This document shows, piece by piece, positions 29,837 to 37,974 of a stretch of DNA of 64,000 nucleotides. Source of the DNA: Smithellaceae bacterium (GTDB lineage: Bacteria; Desulfobacterota; Syntrophia; Syntrophales; Smithellaceae); the NCBI GenBank assembly GCA_963667845.2, contig CAXXVL010000001.1:704001-768000 (forward strand), written 5' to 3'. The position numbers were made by a program, and so were the translations under genes. Under the pieces are notes generated by a model that saw only the letters and a list, made by a program, of their open reading frames with translations, did not search any database and was not told the origin of the DNA. Within the stretch, counting starts at the first letter, position 1, and each line of letters starts with the position of its first letter.

Positions 29837-31911
29837 TGTTTGGCCGCGGTTCCATATCTCATTCTGAAGTTGAGGCGCATATATTCCGTATATTGTTCCG
29901 CATACGGATCCGTCTTCATGATCCAGAGCTGATAGCGCTTTGAGGTTTCAACACCCTGCGCGGGAAGGTAATCGGACGGATAGACGAGCAGTGGAATTTG
30001 ATCCGTTGCGAAATCTGCTCCCAGTTTGCGGAGAACCGGGAGAACGGTGTCCCACGGCAGTTGATCGTCGGCGACGAAAATCGAGATGCCGTTCAGGAGG
30101 TCCGACAGATTTAAACCGAGGTCGGAACGATTGACGATGAAGAAGGCCGCGGGTCTGCTATCAAGGCACAGGCAATACGTCCGGCAATTTCGTTCGAAGC
30201 CCGCGTCGTGAAATGCGGCTTCGAGGGTCGGCTCCGGCCGATGAAGACCGAATGCATCCATTACGAGACCGCCGGAGTGCGTTTCATAAAAATTCCTCAA
30301 CACGTCGAAGTCCTCGGGCAGGCAGGGGCGGACACTGTATCCTGCGGGCAAAGGCGCACAGACGGCTGAAGGGTCGAAATGTATGTACGAAAAGAGATCG
30401 AGGGAACTCGCTTTGGGATTATTCATTTGGCGGGCAAAGCCCCCGAAAATTTTGTCGACGACACGGTTATCCGGCCGGTAATAGGTCATCACGTAGCGGA
30501 TGCCGTATGCGTGGAAACGGTAGCACCCGTTCAGGTAGTGAATAATCTGCCTGAGGATCAATAAACCGGGAATTTTACTCTCTAGCGGCTTTGCCGAAAA
30601 GTGTTGAATCACCCACGAGGGTTCATAGGCGTGAACCATCGCAATGTGGCCGTAGATCTTGCCGTTTTTTTCGTAGGTAAAATGGCGGGCAATTTCGGGG
30701 TTGTCCTGATACAGCCGGCGATACGTTTCTTTAAATACGTTGCGGTAAGGGTAGAGGTGCTGATACTTTTCACCGTAAATAAATCCCGTATCAAAGAAGA
30801 ATTCCCAAAGAGCCTCCATGTCTACCGTGGTGGATACGTGAGCGCTGGGGTCCAGGTACGCCCCAACGAGGTGATTGAGCCGGCTGTAAGAGATGACGTC
30901 CATATCCGTGATGGCAAAACCGCTGTGAATGAGGTTCGTTTCCTGGTCCGGACGGCAGTAAACAACCTGCGCCGAACACTTCATTTCAATAATGCCCGCG
31001 TAATGGATGGACAGTTCAGGGATGATCATTCCCGCCATCAGCGTCTGCTCGGCCGGGGAATCTTGTATCGCGAACCCCGACGTGGAAATATCGAATACGT
31101 CTCGTTCAATGTGTTCGGGGAAAAAAGGATGCTGAAAACTGATGGTAAAAGAAGGCGCAATGTGGCGTCGCGGATTTCTGGTCATCCGTTTGGGAAACAC
31201 CCGGGCTTCCTCGTTCACCGGGGCGCAAACGAGTCTGCCCTCCCGCAGGTTCATTCCGTCGCGGATGCAGCGGCAGACGCCGGAATAAACTTTAGCGCTG
31301 TTTTGATACAAATCAATCCCGATGATTTCATCGGGGGGGGTAGACTCCAGTTTCTCTGCACCATCCGATAATTGAATGCTGAACGCATTGGGCGTGAAGT
31401 CGACCAACCGGCCGACATATCGTTTGTCATTCAAAATGACTTCACAGGCCGCATTGCAGCCGCGATGGCGTCTTGTCGAGCGCTTGGTCTTCACGAAGCC
31501 TTCATCGGGAAGTCCCACCGTGAGACTGTGCCCCTGCAGGTGGGTCGTTTTAACAGGCACCATAATGATGTCGAGACCGCGATCGATCATGAGAAAACTC
31601 GCCTGATAGTCGGCGAGTGCCGGTTCCGCGCCGTCAAAAACCAGATGGCAGGTGAGCTCTTTTCCCAGGCAGGGTTGCGGAAAAGCGTCCAGCACAATGT
31701 TTTGATTGCGATGCTGATCAAAAAAAATTATCGATAAGGTGCGATCCACGAAATTCAGATGATTGAGTTTATTGATTAGTTTGGACCGCGGGATCTTCTT
31801 TTCGGAGCCGGTCATGACGAGAAGGTCGTCATTGCGAAACAGCCTTGACGAAAGAAACGCATCGGGTTCCGGGGATAAGCCATTTGCCGGCGATTGACAA
31901 TCTTCGTTCAT
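29833..31911 (-). CDS. Tandem PilZ-domain protein with a large uncharacterised C-terminal region
   Basis: KRSTRR...LVDFTPNA and RNPRR...FDISTSG PilZ signatures; ~340-aa C-terminal region starting VDMEALWEFFFDTGFIY. Confidence 0.8.
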   Translation of the reverse strand: MNEDCQSPANGLSPEPDAFLSSRLFRNDDLLVMTGSEKKIPRSKLINKLNHLNFVDRTLSIIFFDQHRNQNIVLDAFPQPCLGKELTCHLVFDGAEPALADYQASFLMIDRGLDIIMVPVKTTHLQGHSLTVGLPDEGFVKTKRSTRRHRGCNAACEVILNDKRYVGRLVDFTPNAFSIQLSDGAEKLESTPPDEIIGIDLYQNSAKVYSGVCRCIRDGMNLREGRLVCAPVNEEARVFPKRMTRNPRRHIAPSFTISFQHPFFPEHIERDVFDISTSGFAIQDSPAEQTLMAGMIIPELSIHYAGIIEMKCSAQVVYCRPDQETNLIHSGFAITDMDVISYSRLNHLVGAYLDPSAHVSTTVDMEALWEFFFDTGFIYGEKYQHLYPYRNVFKETYRRLYQDNPEIARHFTYEKNGKIYGHIAMVHAYEPSWVIQHFSAKPLESKIPGLLILRQIIHYLNGCYRFHAYGIRYVMTYYRPDNRVVDKIFGGFARQMNNPKASSLDLFSYIHFDPSAVCAPLPAGYSVRPCLPEDFDVLRNFYETHSGGLVMDAFGLHRPEPTLEAAFHDAGFERNCRTYCLCLDSRPAAFFIVNRSDLGLNLSDLLNGISIFVADDQLPWDTVLPVLRKLGADFATDQIPLLVYPSDYLPAQGVETSKRYQLWIMKTDPYAEQYTEYMRLNFRMRYGTAAKQ

Positions 31912-32148
31912 GTCGCTTCCTCCTCATATCTGAGTCCGTTAATGATAACGAAGCTTGAAATTGGGCAACTCTGACTTATGCATGGCATGGCAATTTATAT
32001 CTGAATATCGAAACGATTGTCAATCGCTAAATGGTTATGATAGTGACCTGAGTCACTACCATGGTATTGATAAATTGCGCTTGTGGTTTCATCATATTTT
32101 TGCCAAAATAGGTTCATGAAAAGAACGAACATGCAAGGAGAAATGATA

Positions 32149-32886
32149 ATGTTCAAAATCATAAAGAAACTTCTGCCTGTTGTCTTGGGCGCCTTGACGC
32201 TGATGGCCGGTTGCATGCAGTATGAAAGCAAGGTTGTGCCGTTCAGGGCGCCGCAGAGCAGTCCGAACGTTGTGTATGTTGATGGCGCAGCAATTGCCGC
32301 CCGAAGTTTTATCGACGCTGAAGAAGCAAAAGTCGCATTTGGTTTTGACATCCGGCGGGCGGGCATTCTGCCGGTACAGGTTGCTTTTGACAACAAAAGC
32401 AATCATCCCCTGATGATTATCGCCGAACAGACATTTTTGATCGACGCCGAGGGCAATGTCTGGCCGATCCTCGATCAAAGACAGGCGTATGACCGCCTGG
32501 CGAAAGAAACGGAGCTGGGGCGGGTGGCTCCCGAAGCCGCCAAACGGGGAGTGCTGTTCGGCGTCGCCGGCGCCGTGATTGGAGCGGCGATCGGTATTGT
32601 TACCGGAACCAACGTGGGTGCAGCGGCCGGAAAAGGGGCGGCGGTCGGCGTAGCGGCGGGAGTCGTTTCCGGCGGCGGACAATACGCCATGGACCAGTCG
32701 GATGTGCAGGCTAAAATCAAGGAGGATTTACGGACGCGGTCGCTGCAATATCGCGCCGTGAAGCCCGGGGAACTGGCGCATGGTTTTATTTTCTATCCCG
32801 GAGAAGCGAAGACGGCAAAAGTCCTGCGACTGCAAATCAAGGAGATGGATACGGGCAGAATATCAACGTTTAACATGAAACTGTAA
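32149..32886 (+). CDS. Glycine-zipper lipoprotein
   Basis: Lipobox LMAGC; GVAGAVIGAAIG...GAAAGKGAAVGVAAG. Confidence 0.8.
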   Translation: MFKIIKKLLPVVLGALTLMAGCMQYESKVVPFRAPQSSPNVVYVDGAAIAARSFIDAEEAKVAFGFDIRRAGILPVQVAFDNKSNHPLMIIAEQTFLIDAEGNVWPILDQRQAYDRLAKETELGRVAPEAAKRGVLFGVAGAVIGAAIGIVTGTNVGAAAGKGAAVGVAAGVVSGGGQYAMDQSDVQAKIKEDLRTRSLQYRAVKPGELAHGFIFYPGEAKTAKVLRLQIKEMDTGRISTFNMKL

Positions 32887-32902
32887 TAAACCAGAAAAGG
32901 AG

Positions 32903-33409
32903 ATGATGACCATGTCGAAAACAATAGATGATCTCAAAGACGCCTTTGCCGGTGAATCGCAGGCGAACCGCAAGTATCTGGCATTCGCCGCGAAGGCAGA
33001 CGCCGAAGGGTTCCCTCAGGCCGCCAGGCTTTTTCGCGCAGCGGCGGAAGCGGAAACCATCCATGCCCATGCCCATTTGCGGGCGATGAAAGGGATCGGT
33101 TCCACCAGGGACAACCTGCGCGAAGCGGTTGCCGGTGAAACACACGAGTTTACGAAAATGTATCCCGAGATGATTGAACATGCGAAAGCCGAAGGACTCA
33201 AGGACGCCGAGCGGTCGTTCACCTATGCCAATGAGGTGGAAAAGGTTCATGCGCGGCTTTATCAGCAGATGCTTGATGCAGCGGATGTCGCGACGGATGC
33301 TTACAGCTATTATGTTTGTCCCGTCTGCGGCTTTACCGCGGAAAAAGATGCACCGGAAACCTGTCCCGTTTGCGGCACCAAGGGAAAGATGTTTAAAAAA
33401 GTGGACTGA
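32903..33409 (+). CDS. rbr: Rubrerythrin
   Basis: AFAGESQANRKY, AETIHA, GETHE, EKVH di-iron ligands; CPVCG...CPVCG rubredoxin domain. Confidence 0.95.
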   Translation: MMTMSKTIDDLKDAFAGESQANRKYLAFAAKADAEGFPQAARLFRAAAEAETIHAHAHLRAMKGIGSTRDNLREAVAGETHEFTKMYPEMIEHAKAEGLKDAERSFTYANEVEKVHARLYQQMLDAADVATDAYSYYVCPVCGFTAEKDAPETCPVCGTKGKMFKKVD

Positions 33410-33550
33410 CGATCAACAATACGTTTCCGCCGTCAGAAAAAGCAGACAGGATGTGAAGGAGTCTTTAACCGGTTATTCCGGCCGGACGTACCGGCCGGTT
33501 TCTTTTTACTTTTTCTTTAGCCCTGCGACTGGGATCAACTGGACACAGAC

Positions 33551-35143
33551 ATGAAAGAACTCCTCATTGTTTCAAGCGGAATCATCCTGTTTCTTGTCGG
33601 TATGATTCGCCTGTCATCCTCCGTCCGCCATGTGATGAACGTCAGGATTAAAGAATTGATCCGGTATGCCGCGGATAAGCCGCTCTACGGGCTGGTGACC
33701 GGCATCCTATCCGCTATTGTCTTTCAGAGTTCGACGGCCTCGACGGCGCTCACGATCGGATTCGTCAGCGCCGGTCTGATCAGTTTCTACAGCTCGCTCG
33801 CCATCATTCTGGGGGCGGATATCGGTACGACGCTGACGGTCCAGTTTGTCGTCTGGCGATTTACGGAGCTTTCTCCTTTTTTCGTCTCTATCGGAGGGCT
33901 TTTGTGGCTGACCCGCCGGGACAACTGGAAAACGGCGGGTGAAATGATTTTCTATTTCGGCCTGATCTTCTTCGGGCTGGACATGATCAGTCAGCAGGCA
34001 GTGCAGCTCAAGCAGTCTCCGGCCTTTGTTCAGTATTTCGCGATGACCAAGAACCCGCTGTACGGGATAGGCCTGGGGATGGTCATTACGGCGATCGTTC
34101 ATGCTTCGGCGATTCCGATCAGTATTCTCGCGATTCTGGCCCAGCAGGATCTGATCCGGCTGGAAAACGCCGTACCGGTCGTCCTGGGCGCAAATATCGG
34201 AACAACCGTGACGGCGCTCCTGGCCGGAACCGTGGCGAATGTCAGCGGCAAAAGAACCGCCGTCTCCCATTTGATCTTCAAATGCAGCGGCGTCTTGCTT
34301 TGTCTGGTCATGTTCCCTTTTTTCCTCGATCTTGTGAAGGGCATGTCCGCAAGTGTGGCCGAGCAGATCGTCTGGTCCCATTTTTTACTGAACCTGCTCA
34401 TTGTCGTCATGTTTATTTGTTTCCTGCGCCCTTTCGCCCGGTTGATGAACAGACTTCTGCCCGGTGAAGACAGTGCGTTGCCGATCTGGCCCGAGTATCT
34501 CAATGAGAAGGATTTGATCAATCCGGTTAAATCGCTGGACCACGTGCTCCTGGAGCTGCAGCGTCATGCGAAACTTGTCCAGATCATGTTTGCGAGAACC
34601 CTGAATCTCATGTCCCACTATGAGGAGGGCAGAAATCGGGATATCTCCTACGTGGAGATAGTCGTCAACAATCTGCGCCGCCAGATTGTCAGGTTTCTCT
34701 GGAAAGTCTCCGGCCGCCGGTTATCGACACAGCTCTCCCGGCGGGTGTTTGCTTACACGGCCATGGCCGGGGATATCAAAAGCATCGGCAATCACATCCA
34801 GTCGATCAGCGTACTGGTCATGCAGCAGGCGGCCAGCAAAGTGAAGTTCAGCGATTGCGGCGAAAAAGAGCTTCACAATATCATTGGACTCGTCGAACGC
34901 AACCTGGCCGACGCCTCCTTGCTGCTTTCGACGTTCGAAGCGGAAAAAGTCCGCGATGTCATCCGCCGGGAGGAGGAGATCGACGTCGAGGTCAAGGAGG
35001 CTCTGGATAATCATCTGGTGCGGTTTCACAACCGTGAATGCACTCCGGAAGCCGGTCCCATCTTTGTAGAAATGCTGGGTCACCTGGAACGCATATCCGA
35101 TCTTTGCAACAATCTTGCCGAGTACGTCCGGGACATCCAATAA
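33551..35143 (+). CDS. Na+/Pi cotransporter family protein with PhoU-like C-terminus
   Basis: QSSTAS, LGADIGTT, LGANIGTTVTA repeats; LERISD PhoU motif. Confidence 0.9.
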   Translation: MKELLIVSSGIILFLVGMIRLSSSVRHVMNVRIKELIRYAADKPLYGLVTGILSAIVFQSSTASTALTIGFVSAGLISFYSSLAIILGADIGTTLTVQFVVWRFTELSPFFVSIGGLLWLTRRDNWKTAGEMIFYFGLIFFGLDMISQQAVQLKQSPAFVQYFAMTKNPLYGIGLGMVITAIVHASAIPISILAILAQQDLIRLENAVPVVLGANIGTTVTALLAGTVANVSGKRTAVSHLIFKCSGVLLCLVMFPFFLDLVKGMSASVAEQIVWSHFLLNLLIVVMFICFLRPFARLMNRLLPGEDSALPIWPEYLNEKDLINPVKSLDHVLLELQRHAKLVQIMFARTLNLMSHYEEGRNRDISYVEIVVNNLRRQIVRFLWKVSGRRLSTQLSRRVFAYTAMAGDIKSIGNHIQSISVLVMQQAASKVKFSDCGEKELHNIIGLVERNLADASLLLSTFEAEKVRDVIRREEEIDVEVKEALDNHLVRFHNRECTPEAGPIFVEMLGHLERISDLCNNLAEYVRDIQ

Positions 35144-35231
35144 TACGGACGCCGCGAAAAACGTATTGCCTGAATCGGCAATATCCTCTATAATGCCGCA
35201 CAAATATGATCATCCGCCAAAGGGGGTATTC

Positions 35232-35750
35232 ATGGATAAAAGAATGAACGCGTTGGCTTTTGCTCTGGAAAATGAAGAAAAAGAGCGCGAGTTTTACCTG
35301 GCCCATGCCCGGAAAACCAGGAATATGGCGGGCAAGAACATGTTCAAGCAGATTGCCGATGAAGAAAAAGAACACTATGAGATGCTGAAGAAACTCCACG
35401 AAAAATGGATCGAGCAGAAGAAATGGCCGGCGACCGTACCGCTGAAAGTAAAGCAGTCGCTGGCCGGGACCGTCTTACGATCCATGTCCGGCAAGAAGTC
35501 CGCCCGGATCACCGGCACCGAGGAAGAACTGAAAGCCGTCCGTACGGCAATTGATTTTGAGGCTCGCGGCGTTGACTTATATTCCAAGTTGGAAAAACAG
35601 AGCACGGACCCGAAGGAAAAAGCGTTTTTTAACATGCTGGCATCCGTGGAGCGCGAACATTTGCTTTCACTTAAAGATACGGAAGAATTTCTGCTGGATC
35701 CGGCCACCTGGTATCAACATGTGGAGCGCTCGGGTCTGGATGGGGCATAA
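35232..35750 (+). CDS. Ferritin-like (rubrerythrin-domain) protein
   Basis: E...FY...EEKEH and E....LY...EREH pairs; TTGCCT-N17-TATAAT promoter at 35166-35194. Confidence 0.85.
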   Translation: MDKRMNALAFALENEEKEREFYLAHARKTRNMAGKNMFKQIADEEKEHYEMLKKLHEKWIEQKKWPATVPLKVKQSLAGTVLRSMSGKKSARITGTEEELKAVRTAIDFEARGVDLYSKLEKQSTDPKEKAFFNMLASVEREHLLSLKDTEEFLLDPATWYQHVERSGLDGA

Positions 35751-35879
35751 TTTCGTTTCCCTGGGATAATGCTTTGGGTGACGGCGCCAGAGGGAACGGT
35801 CCGCGATAACCCGACCACACTAATGACCTGAAGGTCACACGAGATGGCACGAGGTCACATGCCGTTCCCTGAAAATATG

Positions 35880-37826
35880 TTATGAATCGGTCATTTCCAG
35901 CTTGCAGGACAGGTCCGTCCAGAGGGTGTAGGCCTCGGCCAGTTCATTTTCAACGCGCTTGAACTCGATCTGCAGCTCTTTGATTTTAACCGAATCCCTG
36001 TGCGTCTCCGGATCGCACAGGGATTTTTCATTGGCGCTCTTTCGCGCTTCGAGGTCGGCAATTTTTTCTTCTACCCGGGTCAGTTCCTTCTTAAAGGCGG
36101 TTTTGATTTTCGCGAGCCGGTTGCGTTCTTCCGCTTCCACCCTTTTTTTGTCTTTTGCCGTCAGTGTCTTTTCTGTGGCCGAACCTCCCGGGCTGTCTTT
36201 TTTGGCGACCGCGGCCGTCATTTGAGCACGTTTCTCGATGAAGTAGGAATAATTGCCCGGGTAATCCGTGATCGCCCCGTCTTTAAGCTCGAAGACCTTG
36301 TTGACCAGGTGATCGAGGAAATAACGGTCGTGGGAGACAATGGCCACTGTGCCGGAGTAATTGATGAGGGCATTCTGGAAAACGTCCTTGGTCTTAATGT
36401 CCAGATGATTGGTAGGTTCATCCAGAATCAGGAAGTTGGTGTCGAGGAGCATGATTTTTAAAAGCGCCAGCCGCGATTTTTCACCCCCCGAGAGAACGCC
36501 TACGGACTTGTAAATGTCGTCGCCGGAAAAGAGAAATGCGCCCAGCAGGTTGCGCTTGGTCTGATCGTCGGCGGATGTCGCCACGGAATTGACTTCTTCC
36601 CAGATCGTGTTGGCGTAGTTGAGGTTCTGTGAGCTCTCCTGAGAAAAGAAGGCCATGTTGACGCCGTCGCCGTAAGTCACGTGGCCTACCGCCGGCTGCT
36701 CCGTCAGGCTCAGAAGTCTCGATAGTGTTGACTTTCCCGAGCCGTTCACCCCGACGAAAGCCGCCTTGTCGCCGCGGAACAGCGAAAAATTCAAACCGGA
36801 AAAGACCGTAACGTCTCCATAGGCGTGCCCGAGATCGGAAACCCGGACGACTTCCCTGACGCTCTTTTTGCCTTCCGGAAAGCGCATGGCGACGCTTCTT
36901 GCACCGGCGTCCAAGCGGATGTCCTTGAACTTTTCCAGCATCTTGATCCGGCTTTGCACCTGGGCGGCTTTTGTTGCCTTATACCGGAACCGTTCGATAA
37001 ACTCTTCAATCTTCCTGATCTGCGCTTTTTGCAGCTCCATTTCCTTTTTGAGCGCTTCGAGCCGCCGGTCTTTTTCGGCAAGGTAATAGGTATAGTTCCC
37101 TTTATAAATATGGATGCGGCGGTTGGCGAGTTCGGCGATTTGCGTGACAATCTTATCAAGAAAAAAATGGTCATGGGAAATAACCAGAATCGTGCCGTGG
37201 TAGTCTTTGAGGTAACTTTCCAGCCACTCCATGCTCTCCGTATCCAGGTGATTGGTCGGTTCGTCAAGCAGCATGATATCCGGCTCTTCAAGAAGGATCG
37301 CGGTGAGGAGGATGCGCATCTTCCAGCCGCCGGAGAACAGATCGCAGGTTTTGGAAAAATCGCTTTCGCGAAAGCCGAACCCTTTCAGAATTTGCTTGGC
37401 CCTCGCTTCAAACGCGTATCCGTCGCGGGCGGAAAATTGCGCGGTGGCATCCGCATAGCGTCGCGTGAGTTCGCTGTATTCATGCGTGTTGGGTTTCGCC
37501 TGTGAGATGTGCTGCTCCAAGGAACGGATGGTGTCTTCCAGCTCGGCGATGCCGCTTTTCTGCCGCAGATAGTCGATCAGGCCTGTCGCTTCGAGTTCGA
37601 CCAGATCCTGGGGAAGGTAGCCGATTTTTTTTTGCTTCCGGTCGGGGATATCGATAAAGCCGGAATCGAGATGGACCAGATCGAGGATGGTTCGAAAGAG
37701 TGTGGTCTTGCCTGTGCCGTTGTCACCCACCAGTCCGATGCGGCTTCGGGGATGAATCGTCCAGCTGATGTCGTCGAACAGCTGTCTGTCCAGAAAGGAC
37801 AGGCTGACATTGCGAAAATAAATCAC
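35880..37826 (-). CDS. ABC-F family ATPase
   Basis: Two NBDs (GDNGTGKTT/FSGGW/DEPTNHLD; GVNGSGKS/LSGGE/DEPTNHLD), no TM segments, coiled-coil tail; minus-strand TTGACA-N17-TATAGT at 37854-37882. Confidence 0.95.
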   Translation of the reverse strand: MIYFRNVSLSFLDRQLFDDISWTIHPRSRIGLVGDNGTGKTTLFRTILDLVHLDSGFIDIPDRKQKKIGYLPQDLVELEATGLIDYLRQKSGIAELEDTIRSLEQHISQAKPNTHEYSELTRRYADATAQFSARDGYAFEARAKQILKGFGFRESDFSKTCDLFSGGWKMRILLTAILLEEPDIMLLDEPTNHLDTESMEWLESYLKDYHGTILVISHDHFFLDKIVTQIAELANRRIHIYKGNYTYYLAEKDRRLEALKKEMELQKAQIRKIEEFIERFRYKATKAAQVQSRIKMLEKFKDIRLDAGARSVAMRFPEGKKSVREVVRVSDLGHAYGDVTVFSGLNFSLFRGDKAAFVGVNGSGKSTLSRLLSLTEQPAVGHVTYGDGVNMAFFSQESSQNLNYANTIWEEVNSVATSADDQTKRNLLGAFLFSGDDIYKSVGVLSGGEKSRLALLKIMLLDTNFLILDEPTNHLDIKTKDVFQNALINYSGTVAIVSHDRYFLDHLVNKVFELKDGAITDYPGNYSYFIEKRAQMTAAVAKKDSPGGSATEKTLTAKDKKRVEAEERNRLAKIKTAFKKELTRVEEKIADLEARKSANEKSLCDPETHRDSVKIKELQIEFKRVENELAEAYTLWTDLSCKLEMTDS

Positions 37827-37974
37827 GGTGAACTCCCTCTTTAAATCTGCGGGACTATAGGAAAATTGAATTTCGATGTCAATGGATTAATGACGGACGA
37901 AAGACTGCGCCGATCCGCCCGCTGAAAACGGTTTTCCGGAATCCGGAGACGCAGAGACACGGATGCCCGGCTTT

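Noticed and set aside
35833..35860. Direct repeat AGGTCACA x2 between convergent genes
   Set aside because: Only 8 bp and located at 3' ends; compatible with chance.
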